Origin: the human T2T-CHM13v2.0 reference genome, Homo sapiens
NCBI RefSeq assembly: GCF_009914755.1
Contig: NC_060929.1
DNA length: 64,000 nt
Direction: 5' to 3' (one strand)
Of this stretch, positions 27,681 through 42,210 are shown in pieces. The notes beneath the pieces are model-generated. The model was given only the letters and a program-made list of their open reading frames with translations. It made no database searches and was not told the origin of the DNA. Within the stretch, counting starts at the first letter, position 1; each line of letters begins with the position of its first letter. The position numbers and the translations under genes are program-made.

Positions 27681-30600
27681 TCAGAAATGCTGATTTCTCA
27701 TTAGAGAAACTGCTTCTACCCAAGAGTCAAGGAAAGTAGCATTCAGGTTTAAAAAAAGTCCTTTATGATAGTTCTTCTACAATTAGATCCTTAGGAAGTA
27801 CATAGCACTACTGACTTAACTAACTGAGGTCTCAATTTCACTTCTCTGCTTAACAGTTTTTATTTCTTCTATGATTATTTTCCAGGGTGTCACACTATGT
27901 AATGTTGAGATTTAACCAAGATTAATTTGTTGACCAGTAGGCTGTCCTGAAATAAAATAATGACTAGTTAACTATTTAGCATTAACTGAAGTTCTTATAT
28001 TAATTGAAATAAAATTTTGGTAATCATGTATGTGTTATAAATAGAAATTCCTAATAAGAAATTAGTTTTTTTATTACTTATTTGTGAAATACTTTAAAAC
28101 TATCTGTAGGTGTCTTACTGATTATAGAACCATCTTCTGGCCAAGCTGAAGCAATTTAGACATGAAACAGTAACTTTCCTGGTAGCCCTCATTTGATTAA
28201 TGATTGTTTTCCATGCTTTGTATTAGAAAATAGGCAGGATACATGTGTTGAGTAGTTGTTTCTACATCCCAAGGTTTTACTGTACTTACATCCCAACTAC
28301 AGTGCTTTCTTTAGGAATGCATATGGAAGGACATTGATACAAGTAACTTTCTATCTTAAACAACAGACTTTCTACAGTTATTCACACATGTGTTTTAAAG
28401 ACATCAGGAGAAAAATGGTCTCCAGATCTAAAATGTATAAAACACATTTTAGGCACCTTTTCACTGGTGCCTCCCAATGGTAGCCAAGGAGTTGAAACAC
28501 AGTCTGTAAGAAGCAGGATTAAAAAAAAAAAAAAAGAACAGTAATGTAATAGCTAATGTGACAGATTGTATCTATTTGCAGATTCAAAGCTGAAGATGCC
28601 ATCTTCTCTGGGGTCAAGGGCAGGTCAGTGTTATTTAGGTGGCATTTATTCAATAGCACATGGTACCCAAGGGGTTTTCCAAAGCTGGGACTTTGCAGGT
28701 GGCAAAACCAAATAAATTGACTCTGTGAGAAGTGAGAATTCCTGCCCAAATCCTATCGGCTGTTAGGTCTGTCATTCAGGTGCTTGGGAACATTTTGCTT
28801 TTGTGACTTGGAGTCCGACTTTTAGCAAGTGACTTGCGGAGTTTGTGCGTACTGCCTGACAGCTCTGGTCAGTGTCACCAACACCTCGGTTTCATCCTGA
28901 CAGCAAGCCTTCACGAAGAATGCCACAAACCAGACCCTGTTGCTAACGGAACCCCTTTCAGTGCTTTAAAACCTTGACTACCCTGACCGAAGCATGAACA
29001 TTTGCATGTGTTCCAATTTATCTAATTGTGGATATATTAACATTTTTTCTCCTTCCAGATGGTGATGTGAAAAAGGGCAACCGTTGGAACTCAGTCACCC
29101 AAGTTAATATCGTGTCTATCCATAGGTCAGGGTGGCTGCAAATATGTTGGGAACAATTTAGAGCTCTGTGTGTGCTGGGGATGGGGGTCTTAGCTAGGTG
29201 TGGGGGAGGGGACTGCTCTGGGAGTCCAATTTTCAGAGAAAACTCACCAGTTCCTGTCAACTGAAAGAAATGTTTCATGCACATGGTGGGTCAGAATGTT
29301 ATTTTTATAATATAAACCACCTGGCCTTCTCCTCGTTTACCTCTGCCGCAATGCTATTCTACACACATACCTAGACCAAGGTCCCTGGTAGCTATTACAA
29401 GCCTGTGTTGTGCTTTGCTCCTTGAGGTTTTATTCCTTTTCTTTTCTTTTTTCTTTTATTCTTTTTCTTTTTTTCAAGTTAAGGTGTAGACAAGACGAAT
29501 TGATCAGGGCTCAAGATTTGGGTTTATTTTTATAGTTGCTTTGATGTGAAAGGAGTTGGGATGGGGGAGTTAGGGAGAGATGGAGTCAGGCTTTCTTCCC
29601 CACTCAGCAACTCACTGAGCTGGTGAGCATCTTTCTAAAGTTTATGAACTAGGGGCTGGGAGACTCCTGTGGAGATAGTCTGAAGTCTTTATTTACCATG
29701 GGGCCTTTCCTAATCATTTCTTTCACTACATTCTATATTTGGAGGTCAAGAATTTCTATTCACTTTGTTTAATAAAAAAAGAAACAGATTAAAGTTAGGG
29801 AAGGAGGCTGGGGAATAAATAAAGGGTCTCATTAAAGCAATATGCACTCCCAATTTCATGGGCAAGTCATTAAGATCTGATAATTAGCTGACATATGACT
29901 TTCGAATGGTTATAACTAACCTTCCCGTCTTTGAGTCTCATTAGTTATAAAACAGGATGCTTTCCTGTGGAGATTTCCACCAGGAAATACCTCCTTTAGA
30001 AGTTAAGTTACATTGCATAGCATGTCGTCCATCTGAGTCAAGGTATACCACCCTAGAGGCAGAGAAGAGGTCATGGATAATTTCAAATAGAAATACTAGG
30101 CATTAAAACAGCATTAGTGCTGGGCAATAGTCTCAAGTTTATAGCAGGAACTAAATCCCTATTTGGGATGTGGAATGTCAAGGCCAGGCCTTATTTAACG
30201 CTCAGCAAAAAGAGCATTACAATTCCATTGAGTCAAGTGTATGAATTAATCAGATTTTCTTAGTCATTCTCTACTGGGAAAAACTTAATTTTATAAACTT
30301 AGTTTATTGTGATTTAAATGTACTTTTAATTCCATGGACTTTGAGAAGACTCATTTAACGCATGGAAGTATAAAACGCGTTTTTATGTCTGGTAATGCAG
30401 ATTAAGTTTGCTTACTGCCTTAAGTAACTAAAATAAAACAAAATTAAAATACTCCTCACCTTGTTTAAGGCTGTATGCTCCTTGGAAAAATAGTTTTTCT
30501 AGATATCAGCATAGGCAATAGCTTTGGTTTGAAAACCAGATTGGCATAAAAATCAAAACCCATCAAATGAATTCATTGCCTTTTAGAGACAGAGCTTGGC

Positions 30601-31589
30601 AAGGAGCTCATCTGCACTGTGTGCCACCCCGCATCTCACTACTCTGCAGCCCTGTTTTGCAACACCAAACATTGGTTACAAATGGAAAAAAAAAAAAAAA
30701 GGTCAATCAACAGTTTGCCTATGGAAGAATTGATTGTCTCAACCTCATAGAGTGCTTGGCACTATTCAACTAGCCTAAGTACCAGAACCCAGTGTTTAAC
30801 ACCTGTACTTATTTTCTGGGAAGCCATTTTAACAACAAAATACTTATGTGAAAAAGATATAATGCCCCGATGAGTGAGTGTCTCACATTCCAAATAGATC
30901 GAGCTATCACATTAATATTTTTGTCAGGAGGCATTTTTCATTCAATCATAATTCATGCACATAAATAATCACATGCTCTAGTACTATATTCGAGGAAATT
31001 TTTCCTTTTTAGTCAAAATAAGAATGAAATGCATTAATTCAAGTCATTCCAGCAGGCTATATGTGGAAGACCACGTCACTGACTTGAAAGCAAAACTTGA
31101 ATCACAAACCCTTTAAATCAAAATATAAAATAAGATAAAATACTCAAGTTCCCTTTTGGATTTGGAAGCAAAAACAGCTGCTGCAACAATGAGTGGCTTT
31201 CCTTCTGAGTTCATCAAGAGGGGAGCCAGACGTGGATCTGATGGCCCTTGTATTGCTCTATTGTAAAAAAATGGAAATTACTGCAAGTTTTCATGGTCAT
31301 GATATGTGGCTAGGGAAGGATTAACTGCCTAGACAAAAGTGGCATGAAGAAAATATGTCTAAAATACATGAAATACTTAATGCTTGTAATGTTAGAAAAT
31401 TATTTCTTTTATAAAAGATCCAATAAGTACTAATGTGTTTCAATACAACTTTCTGAAAAAAAAATTTTTAATCAGTAGATTATTTTATTTATTTTTTAGA
31501 AATGCAGAAATAAAATTATATTTTCACTTCTCTTTTTCTATCCTGTAGTAACTTATGAAGGCCTGGTCTAAAGGCAGGGCTATGGCTGC

Positions 31590-31632
31590 TTTCTCTCTCT
31601 CTCTCTCTTTCATTCTCTCTCTGTTTCTGTTT
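31590..31632 (+). repeat. (TC)n microsatellite, imperfect
   Basis: ttctctctctctctctcttttcattctctctctg. Confidence 0.8.
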
Positions 31633-33049
31633 TTTGTAGGTTGTGGTGTCAAGGCTAACTGAAAATTCTTTAATTAGCTTTCATGGACACAGCTTCCCAT
31701 TTACTTCAGTGAGAGGCTTCTCTGCATAAAAACCAGTGGTTTGTATCCATCAGAGTCTTTGACTGGACTGCTTTCCTTTGATTAATCAGAAAACTAAAGT
31801 TCAGTCTGAATACTACTTTCCTAAAGAATGAATGAGCATAATCTCTTACAGCTTTCATGAAACTGCCTGAAACCAGAGGGATTAGTCCCACAATCCAGTC
31901 CCATACTCCACTTCAAGTATTTTCAATTACTTGGCACCATTGGTGGTGACGTCCATGGCTCAGTAAGAAGGCTACTGCTGGCATAATGGTTTCTCCATGT
32001 TTCAGCACATGGTCTTGGCATTAATAATCCATCGTGAAATGATTTGTAATGCACAGGGGTGACATTTGATTATGTGAAAGGCATTGCAGGAATGAGCATG
32101 TAGGCTCTTATAGTCCAACTGCTGGCAAAAACATGATGAAATGTTATATGGTGAAAATAGCATTTAAGATGGTTTCTGAACTGACAAAGAAAAGTGTAAG
32201 CACATTGCTTTAGGAGAAATGTTCTTTCATTTTTCCCCCTGGTTTTCCTTCTCAAGTCATATTTTGGAGGGCCAAATGGGTGAAGGGGCCAGATTTGGCA
32301 GCCAACCACCCAAACACATTTTCAAAACATACTTGATTCAGGAAATTCTGGATCTTTTTAAGCAAAGATGTTAACAGTCCTCCTGAGAGCCTTAAAATAT
32401 GATGATTTAAACATAAAGAAAAGGGGACCCTAAAATGATCAGAGAAATCAGCAAGAGGCCTCCCTGCTGAAGTTTTCAGTTTTTCATTTTGTTTCCTATT
32501 TCTTTTCTTTTTTTTTTAAGACCACAGGAGGATGTTGAATTTATTACCTAAGGGAAGAGCTATCATTTTGGGTCAAAATTTATGAGATGATAGGAAAATT
32601 TATACTTCTCCGGGTAGCAAAAACAAAAACAAAAACAATAACACTAGAATTTCTTACACTCATATCTTCTAGATCCATTCACCAATCTGTCAAATGCATT
32701 ATATTCTAGATAGAGTATAATGAATGTATGAACAAATATAATGCATGCCTGGGTGTGAGTACTGCCAGATCTTGGTTATTTATGGTCCTAAGAGTCGGGT
32801 GGGGAAAAAGTTGCTATGCATAAATTAAATCCAGAGAGAATCATAAGATATTTTTAATCAATACTTTTAAATTCATCCATTTTCAAAACTTTAACCACAG
32901 ATATGAACAAAATAATATCAGCTGATTTTACTGTTACTGACTTTTCCTTCCTAGCCCACTATCTTGCAGATTTAGGTGAATGATCTTAGCTGACTATTGG
33001 TTACATACAAGAATGGACAAACATTAACTTCATTTATTCTTTGGATTTG

Positions 33050-33577
33050 TTATTCATTCATTTGGCTATTCACTTAACACAATTTATTAGGCACTTTATG
33101 CACTGTATGCGAAACACAGTGCTTGAGGTCATGGGGAACATAAGGATACACACCCCATCCCTGGAACTTACATTTCAGTAAAGGGAAAGAACATGCACAT
33201 AGACAACTGGAGCATACGGTAGAAAACATTAAGCCTAGTAGAGAAACAGAGAACACTGCTTTGGGAAATCACAGGAGGTAGGGAGTTCCATCAGGGAGAT
33301 TCAGAGAAAACTTTTTGTGGAGTCCTGGAAGATGGTCAGGGTTTAGACATGAAGAGAAGGTGGCAATAGCATTTCCTAAGTAGATCTCAATGTGAGTATG
33401 GGAATGGTTAGAAGAGGTCAAGACATGCATGAGGAACAGTTAGGTAGAAGCATTAAGTGTCAGAAGAGGAAATCGGGGAGATAAAACTGGAAGGGAAAGT
33501 TGGACCAGCTGTAGAATCTTTATTGCCAGAGTAAGGAATGTATGCTTTAATAAGAAAGTAACAGGGAGCCATTGAAG
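33050..33577 (-). mobile_element. L2 3' portion
   Basis: attcattcat...tttattaggcac...agggagccattgaag. Confidence 0.65.
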
Positions 33578-33589
33578 CCCCCCTTTTTA

Positions 33590-35300
33590 CTTTCTATTTT
33601 GAAATAAATGCTACGCTTATATAAGAGTTGCAAAGATTGTAAAGAGTTCCCAGAAAGTAGTCCATATCATCTAAGTTTTCATGTTTCAATGAATAATGAT
33701 TTATATAGTATTCTTATATTACACTCCTATGATTATATCCTCTCTTTAATGCTTAGTGTGGTGTGTCTTTTTTCCTTAATCGGAAATGCCAAAGATCTGT
33801 CTTTCTTATTTGTCTTTTCAAAGAAATAGTTTTTGATTTTGTTAACCAAGTTTGCCAGTTTTTGTCCCATTTCAGGGAGCTAATGCCCCCTGAAGTTTCC
33901 CTAAAGCTACGTATATGTTCAATCTAATTTTAAAAACAGATAGTGTACATATGCAGTATCAAAAAAGTCCCTTGATCTACCTTTAAGCAGAATGCTGTCT
34001 CTAAGTCCCACATAACCACAGAGCTGTGCTTTTCTTTTGTTATGATTCTGCTTGGAATATGTTGGGCCATTTCCATTTGACAACCTATGCTTTTCTTTAA
34101 CTCAAAGAAAATTGCCTCTGTTATTTATTTCCTCCCCTCTATTTCCTTTGTCTCTTTCTAGAGCTCTTACTAAATTGATGTTTACCTCCAAAATTTATCT
34201 GCATGTCTCCTGTACTGTCTTCCATCTCTGTCTTTTTGCTCTAAGTTCTAGAAGACTTTACTTAGTTATTCCTTACTAATTTGGCTGTCTATGTCTGCTA
34301 CTCTATTTGCTCCTCTTAATTCTTTATACTTATTGTTCTAATTTGGCCATCATATTTCATTTTCTTGCTCCCTGCTTGCTCCATTTTAATAGCTGTTTTA
34401 GAGAGAAATATCCTTTCAAAATTTTCTGAGGATATTAACTTAATACTCTTTTACATTCTGTGCTGCTTGAATTGTTTTGTTCTTTTGTTTGCTTGCCTTT
34501 GGTCTTTTATGCATTTGGTTTTCCTTAAATGTTTGGTGATCTTAAGTTCATTGACATAGATGGACAAACAAGTACATTAGTTTAGATGGCTGACAAAACC
34601 TTCCTCTATGCTTGAGAATGTCTGTTTCCCTAGAGGGGCTCCCCTGAATGAGAGGACAGCTGGGTGCTTCGTATTGAATGGGGTGTATTGACAGGCAGAC
34701 TTCACCTTAGGATGCTCAATAATGGACCTGCAGGCACAAGTGGGTTGGAGAGCCTCTTCCTCAATGGCTGCCTTTCTTTCCCCTTCGCTGCCTCTCATCC
34801 GTGTCTTTGGTGTCCACGGTTACATCAAGCTCTGTTCTGAGGCTTCTATACCCACATTCAAATCATCCTCCTCAGTCAATTCACTTTCATTTACCAGTGG
34901 TAAAAACACACTGCTGACTACTGTTCGGAGTGGGGAAGGCAACACCTCACTGGCTGGATGGGTCAGAAGTTTTGAAAGCAGTTTTTGATTAGCCTTAAAA
35001 TTACCCCAGGACTGCATTCTGCTCTTTGCATTTGTTCATGTGAACCTGGAGTTTCTCTAGCTCTTCTTTACTTTCACAGTACGTTTCTCCTATATATATT
35101 TAGACTGTGGCATCTTTGCCCCTAATAATTTGATTCTACTCTCGTCTCCCGGAATTGCCTCAAAGTTCATCTCTTCCAATGGCACCCTTTCTTCTTGCCT
35201 AGCACTATTGTGAATTTACTTATTTTAAAACATGTCTTTGACATTTTAGGGAATTTCAGACTAGAAAAGAGTTTGAAGAATGTGCTAAGTCCACTCCATC
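33590..35300 (-). mobile_element. Old L1M/L1ME fragments
   Basis: tattttgaaataa...aagagttgcaaag; ttatttgtcttttcaaagaaatag; long T-rich antisense L1 character. Confidence 0.5.
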
Positions 35301-35739
35301 TTGATTCAATCTTGAGACTTTTTTAATTTTTATTTTATATTCTAAGAGTTCATCTTGTTGATTCTGGCCCATCTTTGCAGGCTATTTGAGAACTGTCTGA
35401 ATATTCAGTGGCTCAGTTTTAGTTGTCCTTCCCAGCTTTAATTATGGCTTAGATGTCTGGAAGCCACTGATGCCAGTTTGACCAGAACATGTTTTGTCTC
35501 CAACTCCCCGCTGGACAATAGGCAATGTGGTCCTATTTTCACAAGCAGTGCTGACCACCAGAGTAGGAAGGAGCCCTCTAAATCCTTACTGAAGGACACT
35601 ATCTCTACTTCTAAACCCCTATTTTACTCTAACAACTGTAATCTACTGTAATCTAATTTGTATCCCATTTTCTCCATTGACATTACTTTTCGGAAGGTTA
35701 ATAAGGATTTCACATTCATCACAGTCAGTGGAAACATCT

Positions 35740-36690
35740 CATTGGACATCTGTCCTGTGGCTGACCGCTGCTCACTTCACCCTCAGTCTCAAGATGTCAC
35801 ATCTCTCGGTTTCCATAAATCCCCTCTTCTGGTTCTTTGTCTCTTTCTGGGCAATGGGCTTTTTAGAGAAATCTTTCTTCTTTTATTTCCCCCACTAAAA
35901 CTGTTCCTAAGAGCATTCCTTGATCATCTTCTCACACCACACATCCTCACTTGGCAGTGGTACCTGTAGCTGTGGCTTCCGCTTAGAAATGTAGAAGTTC
36001 AACCCATATCTCTTCCTTGAGCTTCAGATCTTACTTTTTTTTTGGATAGGGGAGGGCGATTGCTGTTCTCTGTTTGGCTTCCAGGTACTTCATACTTTCT
36101 TCGTCCTCACCTTTCACATACCCGCTCCACTTCCTCCTGTGTTTCCCACCCAGTGGCCAAAGCCAGGGCTGACCACTGGTAAAGGTGAAGGTGAAGAGAC
36201 TTCATTAGGCATGAAAGTATCTTCCCAACTTTCATTCCTAGTGAAGTCCCTTCACCTTTAGCTCCTGAACATACTGTGTTTGCAGCTTGTCTCCATGGGC
36301 ACTCATCACTTTCAGCCTCTCAGCCATTTAAATCGTTTAAATCCAAAGCATCTTCATGCTGTGACCCGAGTAATCTTTCTGAAGTACATTTGAATACATC
36401 ACTCTTCTGCTCAGAATCCTTCAAAGGTTCTGATTTTATATAGAATAAAACCTGTACTGCTTTGCAAAGTATGAAGATCTCTTATGGTTTGATGTGAGTG
36501 CCTACCTGTCCTCTCCCAACCGTTCCTTGCCACACATTAACCCTTATGCTTCCCTAATTCTGAAAATGCTGTGGTTCCCTATGCTAAGAGTGTCATTTTT
36601 TCCCTTTCCCATTGGCCAAGACATCATCAACTGAATGCCTCAGTTCACATTTATATTTCTTGTGAATCCTTCTTTGACTTCCCAGAGGCA
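35740..36690 (+). mobile_element. L2 fragment
   Basis: tctccttgagcttcagatc...taatctttctgaa...catcactcttctgctcagaatccttcaaagg. Confidence 0.5.
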
Positions 36691-37214
36691 GCATAGGTTT
36701 GTAGGTCTGTTTATTAAATTATACCCTTCCCTCACTCAGTGAAGGATTTGAAACCATGTAAAACAGATACACCTGGTAACAGGATACAATAAATGAGTGA
36801 CTTCATAAGTTCAAAGGGAGAGTAAAGGTTAAAATATAAATAGTATCAGGTATGACGTTAGTCTTAAAAATTATATGATATTAAGTTCTGTAGACTTACA
36901 CTACAAAAAAATGACCTGAAAATTTGCCTTGGGCTTTTTAGTTGACAAACTAAGAAACTTGATTGCTTATGAGTTTCACGGTATCCATAAGCAAGAAATA
37001 AAACATCTTTGCCAGTTATTGAAAATTGAGGGATAATTTACTCAATTAAAAGGGTATTTATAAAGGATATTGGCAAATTTAATTCCTTTCTGGTTGTTTT
37101 CATTCATAGGATATGGTACAACTTTGTTCACTATTTCCAAGAAAATTTGTAATGTTACCAGTTTACAAAAAGGTTTACTTTATTTTAGCCCAATGAACTT
37201 TCACTGACAAATTA

Positions 37215-37415
<201 letters not shown>

Positions 37416-38139
37416 TCAGTTATTAAGGATGGACATAATCTGGTGCAAAACCAAAATTTTATTTGCAAGCTGGATTCTGTAGCATGACAGTTCCAGTTTA
37501 AGTAGAGCTGGGTATGTGGATAGTGGGGTGGAGGGGCTTTTAGCTGTGAAAGAATATACTTTATTTAAATATATTTAAAGTATGTTAAAATATACAAATT
37601 GAACCTGTTATTTACAAATGCAAATGTGTATATTTCTTAATGAGTAAGGCTCAAGAAGTGGTTTTGGTACCCTAATTAAAACAATATAGCAGTATTTCAA
37701 ATTTACTCTATAAATTAATTTTTAATATAAAAATTAAAAATCTCATTCTGCTTTGAACATTTGTCTTAATAGACTTTATCCAGAGCTGTGATTATCTGTG
37801 GTCCTCTTTCTCATTTCTCATAGATTCTTAAGCCTGCAAAGATTTAAGAAGAGAAAGTCAGAAAGAAGGGAACTCTTTCATGCTCCTTCCACCCCAGTCT
37901 AAACGAGAATGAAAGGCAGTTGTAGAATAAGCAGGAGGCTGGAAAAATCCATGAGTGAAACTAATAACATGAAGACCTTGTTAAGAACAAGGTCTGTTCG
38001 AGTATTTCAGAAAACATAGTAATGGCTAGAGCCATATGTTTTAGATTAAATGACCTGTGATAGCCTGCAGAAGTTCCAGATCAAATTAGATTGGTTTGTT
38101 TATCCTGTACTGCAAATTAAATTGTAGAAATTAACAAGG

Positions 38140-38420
38140 ATAATAGAATTGTAGAGTCAAAAGTGACCTTATAGGTCATGTAGGCAAAGCCCTGCCTAAT
38201 GCAGGAATTCCTCGCCAGCATTCCTGACAGCTGCTCATCTGGCCTGTACCTGAACATGTGGAAGGACCTAGTACTTGCCACAACCTGAGGCAGCCTATTT
38301 CAACTGCTAATGGTTCTGTGAAAAGGTCCTTGTAGGAGTGAACTGAAATCTGCTTTCCTGTAAGGTTCATGCAGAGGGTCTACTTCTCATTTCTGAGGCC
38401 TCAAAAAGTTTATTTCCTTA
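38140..38420 (-). mobile_element. L3/CR1 3' fragment
   Basis: agaattgtagagtcaaaagtgacctta...cctgacagctg...aggcagcctatttc...actgaaatctgctttcctgtaa. Confidence 0.55.
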
Positions 38421-38454
38421 TCCACATGGGAGCCCACCACAGGTTTAAAAGCAG

Positions 38455-38897
38455 TATAAGACATCTGTTGTTTTGCTTGCCTGGCATTCACTTCCCTGCT
38501 TGTGGAAACAGCACCAAGATTTTCCTTGAACAATCATGTGGTCTCGAGGGGTGCAGGTGGGAATTTGGCCATAGCCAAGCCATTTAGGGACAATGAATGT
38601 GTTGAAAATGTTGAAAGTTTCCTGTTTTCAGTGGGGTTTCTGGAGCCGTAGGAGGTAAGCATGGTGCTGCCCAAGCAAGAAGAAAATCTGGCTGAGAAGA
38701 AAGCCCAGAGAACGGTTCAGTAAAGAGATGGAGGAGGGCTAAGTTTTGACAACATAGTTTGAGCTCCTGGTTTCAGCTATGCCCATAATCCAGGATCCTT
38801 GATTGGACTTGAAGTTATCTAACCAACCCACCTGCTTTTTCCTTAAGCCATTTTCAGGTGGCATCTCTCACATGCATATGAAAAGTACACTAAACAG
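38455..38897 (+). mobile_element. MLT1K/L-like MaLR LTR
   Basis: catctgttgttttgcttgcc...aacagcaccaagattttcc...tttgagctcctgg...ttccttaagcca. Confidence 0.55.
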
Positions 38898-39398
38898 TCA
38901 ACACTCATGTTTTTTCAAGTTCTAGATTAAATAGTTTTTGCTCTTTCAAACATGCTTTGTGTAACACGGCATCTATGCCCTTTGCCATTATCCTGAATAT
39001 ATTCTTGGATCTGCTTTAAAATTCTGGACAGTGACATTTTTCAGTGAGTCTGGAGTATCTCAGAGTGTGATCTGGAGGCAAAATCATTGTATAGCCACTT
39101 TCTAAATGTTTACTAGAGCACTAGGTGTCTGCACCTCCTCTGTAGGTCACTGATCAGCTTCATGGTGTATAGTTCAGGCAAATTCTGGCAACTCCTAAGG
39201 AACTGGTTGCCATGTATATTTAAAAACTGCAGTGTTTAGTAATTTAAGAAGTGATTTGGGAAAGAAATTGGGAAAATGTTAAAAGTAGTGAGGGGATACT
39301 TGAGTTAATCAATAAAATACATATTGAATGGTCAAGTTGAGAATTGGTCATTACAGAGCTTTTTAATTTTTTTGAAAATATTTGAAATAATATTTTCT

Positions 39399-39701
39399 TT
39401 CTTTTTTTTTTTTTTTTTTTTGAGACAGAGTCTTGCTCAATCGCCCAGGCTGGAGTGCAGTGGCACGATCTCGGCTCATTGCAAGCTCTGCCTCCCTGGT
39501 TCACGCCATTCTCCTGCCTCAGCCTCCTGAGTAGCTGGGACTACAGGTGCCCACCACTACGCCCAGCTAATTTTTTTGTATTTTCAGTAGAGACAGGGTT
39601 TCACTGTTAGCCAGGATGGTCTTGATCTCCTGACCTTGTGATCCGCCCATCTCGGCCTCCCAAAGTGCTGGGATTACAGGCGTGAGCCACCGTGCCCACC
39701 C
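39399..39701 (-). mobile_element. AluY-like full length
   Basis: gcaagctctgcctcc..ttcacgccattctcc; 16-bp TSD TGAAATAATATTTTCT at 39383-39398 and 39702-39717. Confidence 0.95.
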
Positions 39702-40899
39702 TGAAATAATATTTTCTACTAGTTGATGTAACTCAAAATAGAATTAGAACTTTTATTTTCTAAACTATTATTTCTGTCCCCTACTCTCCTCCTTTCCCTC
39801 CCACCCCTGAGGAAACAAATATCTATGAGCTAGCTGACTTGAGTCTCTGCTTGCAGTTGACCTCCAGAAGTCAGCAGAGATGTCCTAAAGATTGAAGACT
39901 GTAACTAATGCCAGTAGCCTGTTACTCTTCTTGTCAACAAGGACTATTAGCCTCCTACTTTGTCAGTCAGTTGTTGACTGGTGTTTAGCTGAGAAGTGGA
40001 GGAGGAAGTTGAGGACCCATGATAGTCTAGGTAAAATGCATGATAATCTAGGGAAAATGAACACAAGAATTTTGGCATGTAAAGCTTTTGGGATTAAAAA
40101 GTTTGAAGGTATGCACTAAGTCGATTTCTGTGTGAATAAAAGTTGAAGTTTTCAAATTTTTCATTCTGCAATTTTGAAAGATTTCTCTGATGATCCCATA
40201 GATGTCATCACCCACCAAGAGTGCAATATATATACATACAGACACACAATCCATCTTTCTATCTCTATCTATTCTTGTCGACTCAAAAACCAGACAAATG
40301 AAGTGCAGAGGGAAGAAGGCCAGCTTGCCGTTTGGAATTCCAAAGATGGGTATATCAGAAAATGCTCTATTTATGAAACACATGCTTCTTTATTTGGGGT
40401 GGTAGCATCAACAAGGTTTGTGGACAATTTCAAAGAAAATATGAGCAGAGGTTCAAGAGCTGCTGAAGAAAATCACCCAAGTTTGAGAGTAGGCGTCAAT
40501 CAATACATAGTTGATCTCTAGGTGCAGTTGTACCTTCAGTGCCCAGCCAATGATCCTGCCTTCCATGTTACAGAATAAACTTGAGCTACCAAGTGTGCAA
40601 TATCCATCCCTATGTCTAGGGACCCATCTGCACAAATGCTCAGCTCCACCTTATTTCCTACAGTCTCAAAAGAATTTGTGCTGCTTTTCCTGGAATTGTT
40701 CTCTTAGTCACTCCCATGGCCTATTTTTAAAAGTTCCCTCATTATTCACTCTTTCCCAGCAGCCAAAGTGTGCTCAAAACAACTATTAAGTGAATAAATG
40801 AATGAATCCATCAATCAATTAAATGAAACACTCAATCTTGGAGCTATGTCTGGCTACTAGTTATTAAAATGCTCCCAATATAGCCAAACTGCTAGAAAG

Positions 40900-42000
40900 A
40901 ATATTCCACATTGACTATCTCTGCTTCCTTATGTTCCATTTATTTTTAACCTACTTCAAGTAATGTAGGCTTTCCTCTAAATTATTCCACTGAAATTACT
41001 ACAAATGTACCAATTCCTGGTTTTCAGTCCTTATTTACTTGACTTCTTAGCTGTGTTTGATAAAGCTGATAACTTTCTTCTAGAAACCTTGTCTCCCTAG
41101 GCTTTTCCTCCTCAGTCTGCATCTCTTCCTGATCATTTCTCCTTGGTGTCTTTTGTGGATTTCTCTTCCTCTGCTCACTACTCATGTTGGCTAGCATGGA
41201 AATCTTGTCTTGTCTCCTCTTGTTCTCTTCCAGCTATTCTCCTTGAATGATAGAACCCACCATAATATACACAGATAGCTCCCAAACTATTCTCCTGCAT
41301 CTCCAATTTTGTTATCAGACACTGCCATTTGGATGTTGCAAAAACTCAACATATTTTCAAACTCAACTCATTTTCTTTTTCATAAACTCTTCTCTTCCTC
41401 CTGAATTACTTTTCTTTCTCCTGGGTTACAAAAAAAAAGTGATGTTATCATCTACCTAGTTACCTAAATCAGAAACTGGGCATAAACCTTAAACTTCATT
41501 TCCTCTTTCAATATCTAATAAATGCCCAAGTTTTGTCAGTTTCATATCCTGATGTCTCCCATCAGCATCAGTTTCTTTCAGTCTATACTGCCATTACTGC
41601 ATTCGTTCATGCTCACTGTATCTGATCAAGCATACCACAATACCCTCCTGACTCCAACCAGCCTCCCATCCAACCTATACTCCCACTGTTTCCGGGGTAA
41701 TATCACTGAATCTCATAGCCGATCAAATCACTCACATCTTCAAGTCCTTCTATGGGTCCCTAATTAACTATGGAATGAATAACTCCTTGGCAAGGCATAG
41801 AAGACCCTATGTCTCACTATTCTCTCTTGTCCTAACCTCCTCTCCCCAAGTTCACCCTTCACGTTCCTCACTCCCTATGCTTCTTATGCTTCTCAAAAGC
41901 CAGTACTTCCATTCATCCTCCTGGAATGCCCTTCTTTCCACTGTCTATTGTCTTCTTGAATGGTACCTACTCTTTTTCAAGACTTGCTTCCAGCATCAGT
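40900..42000 (+). mobile_element. L2 fragment
   Basis: tcagtccttatttacttgacttc...tggatgttgcaaaaactcaacat...tggaatgcccttctttcc. Confidence 0.6.
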
Positions 42001-42029
42001 TTCTCAAAAACAAAAACAAAATAATCTCA

Positions 42030-42210
42030 AAGCCCTTGCTAAAGAAAGTGCACGCCCTACCCGCAAGAAACATCATGGATATCACTTGGGAACTTGTTAA
42101 AAATGCAGGATCTCAGGCTCCACCCTAGGCCTTCTGAAATATAATCTGCTTCTTAACAAGATTTAAAAAAAAAACTGGTGCATGTTAAAATTTGAGATGC
42201 CTTGCTGTAG
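42030..42210. mobile_element. MER5A
   Basis: atcacttgggaacttgttaaaaatgcaggatctcaggctccaccctagg...ttaacaag. Confidence 0.7.
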
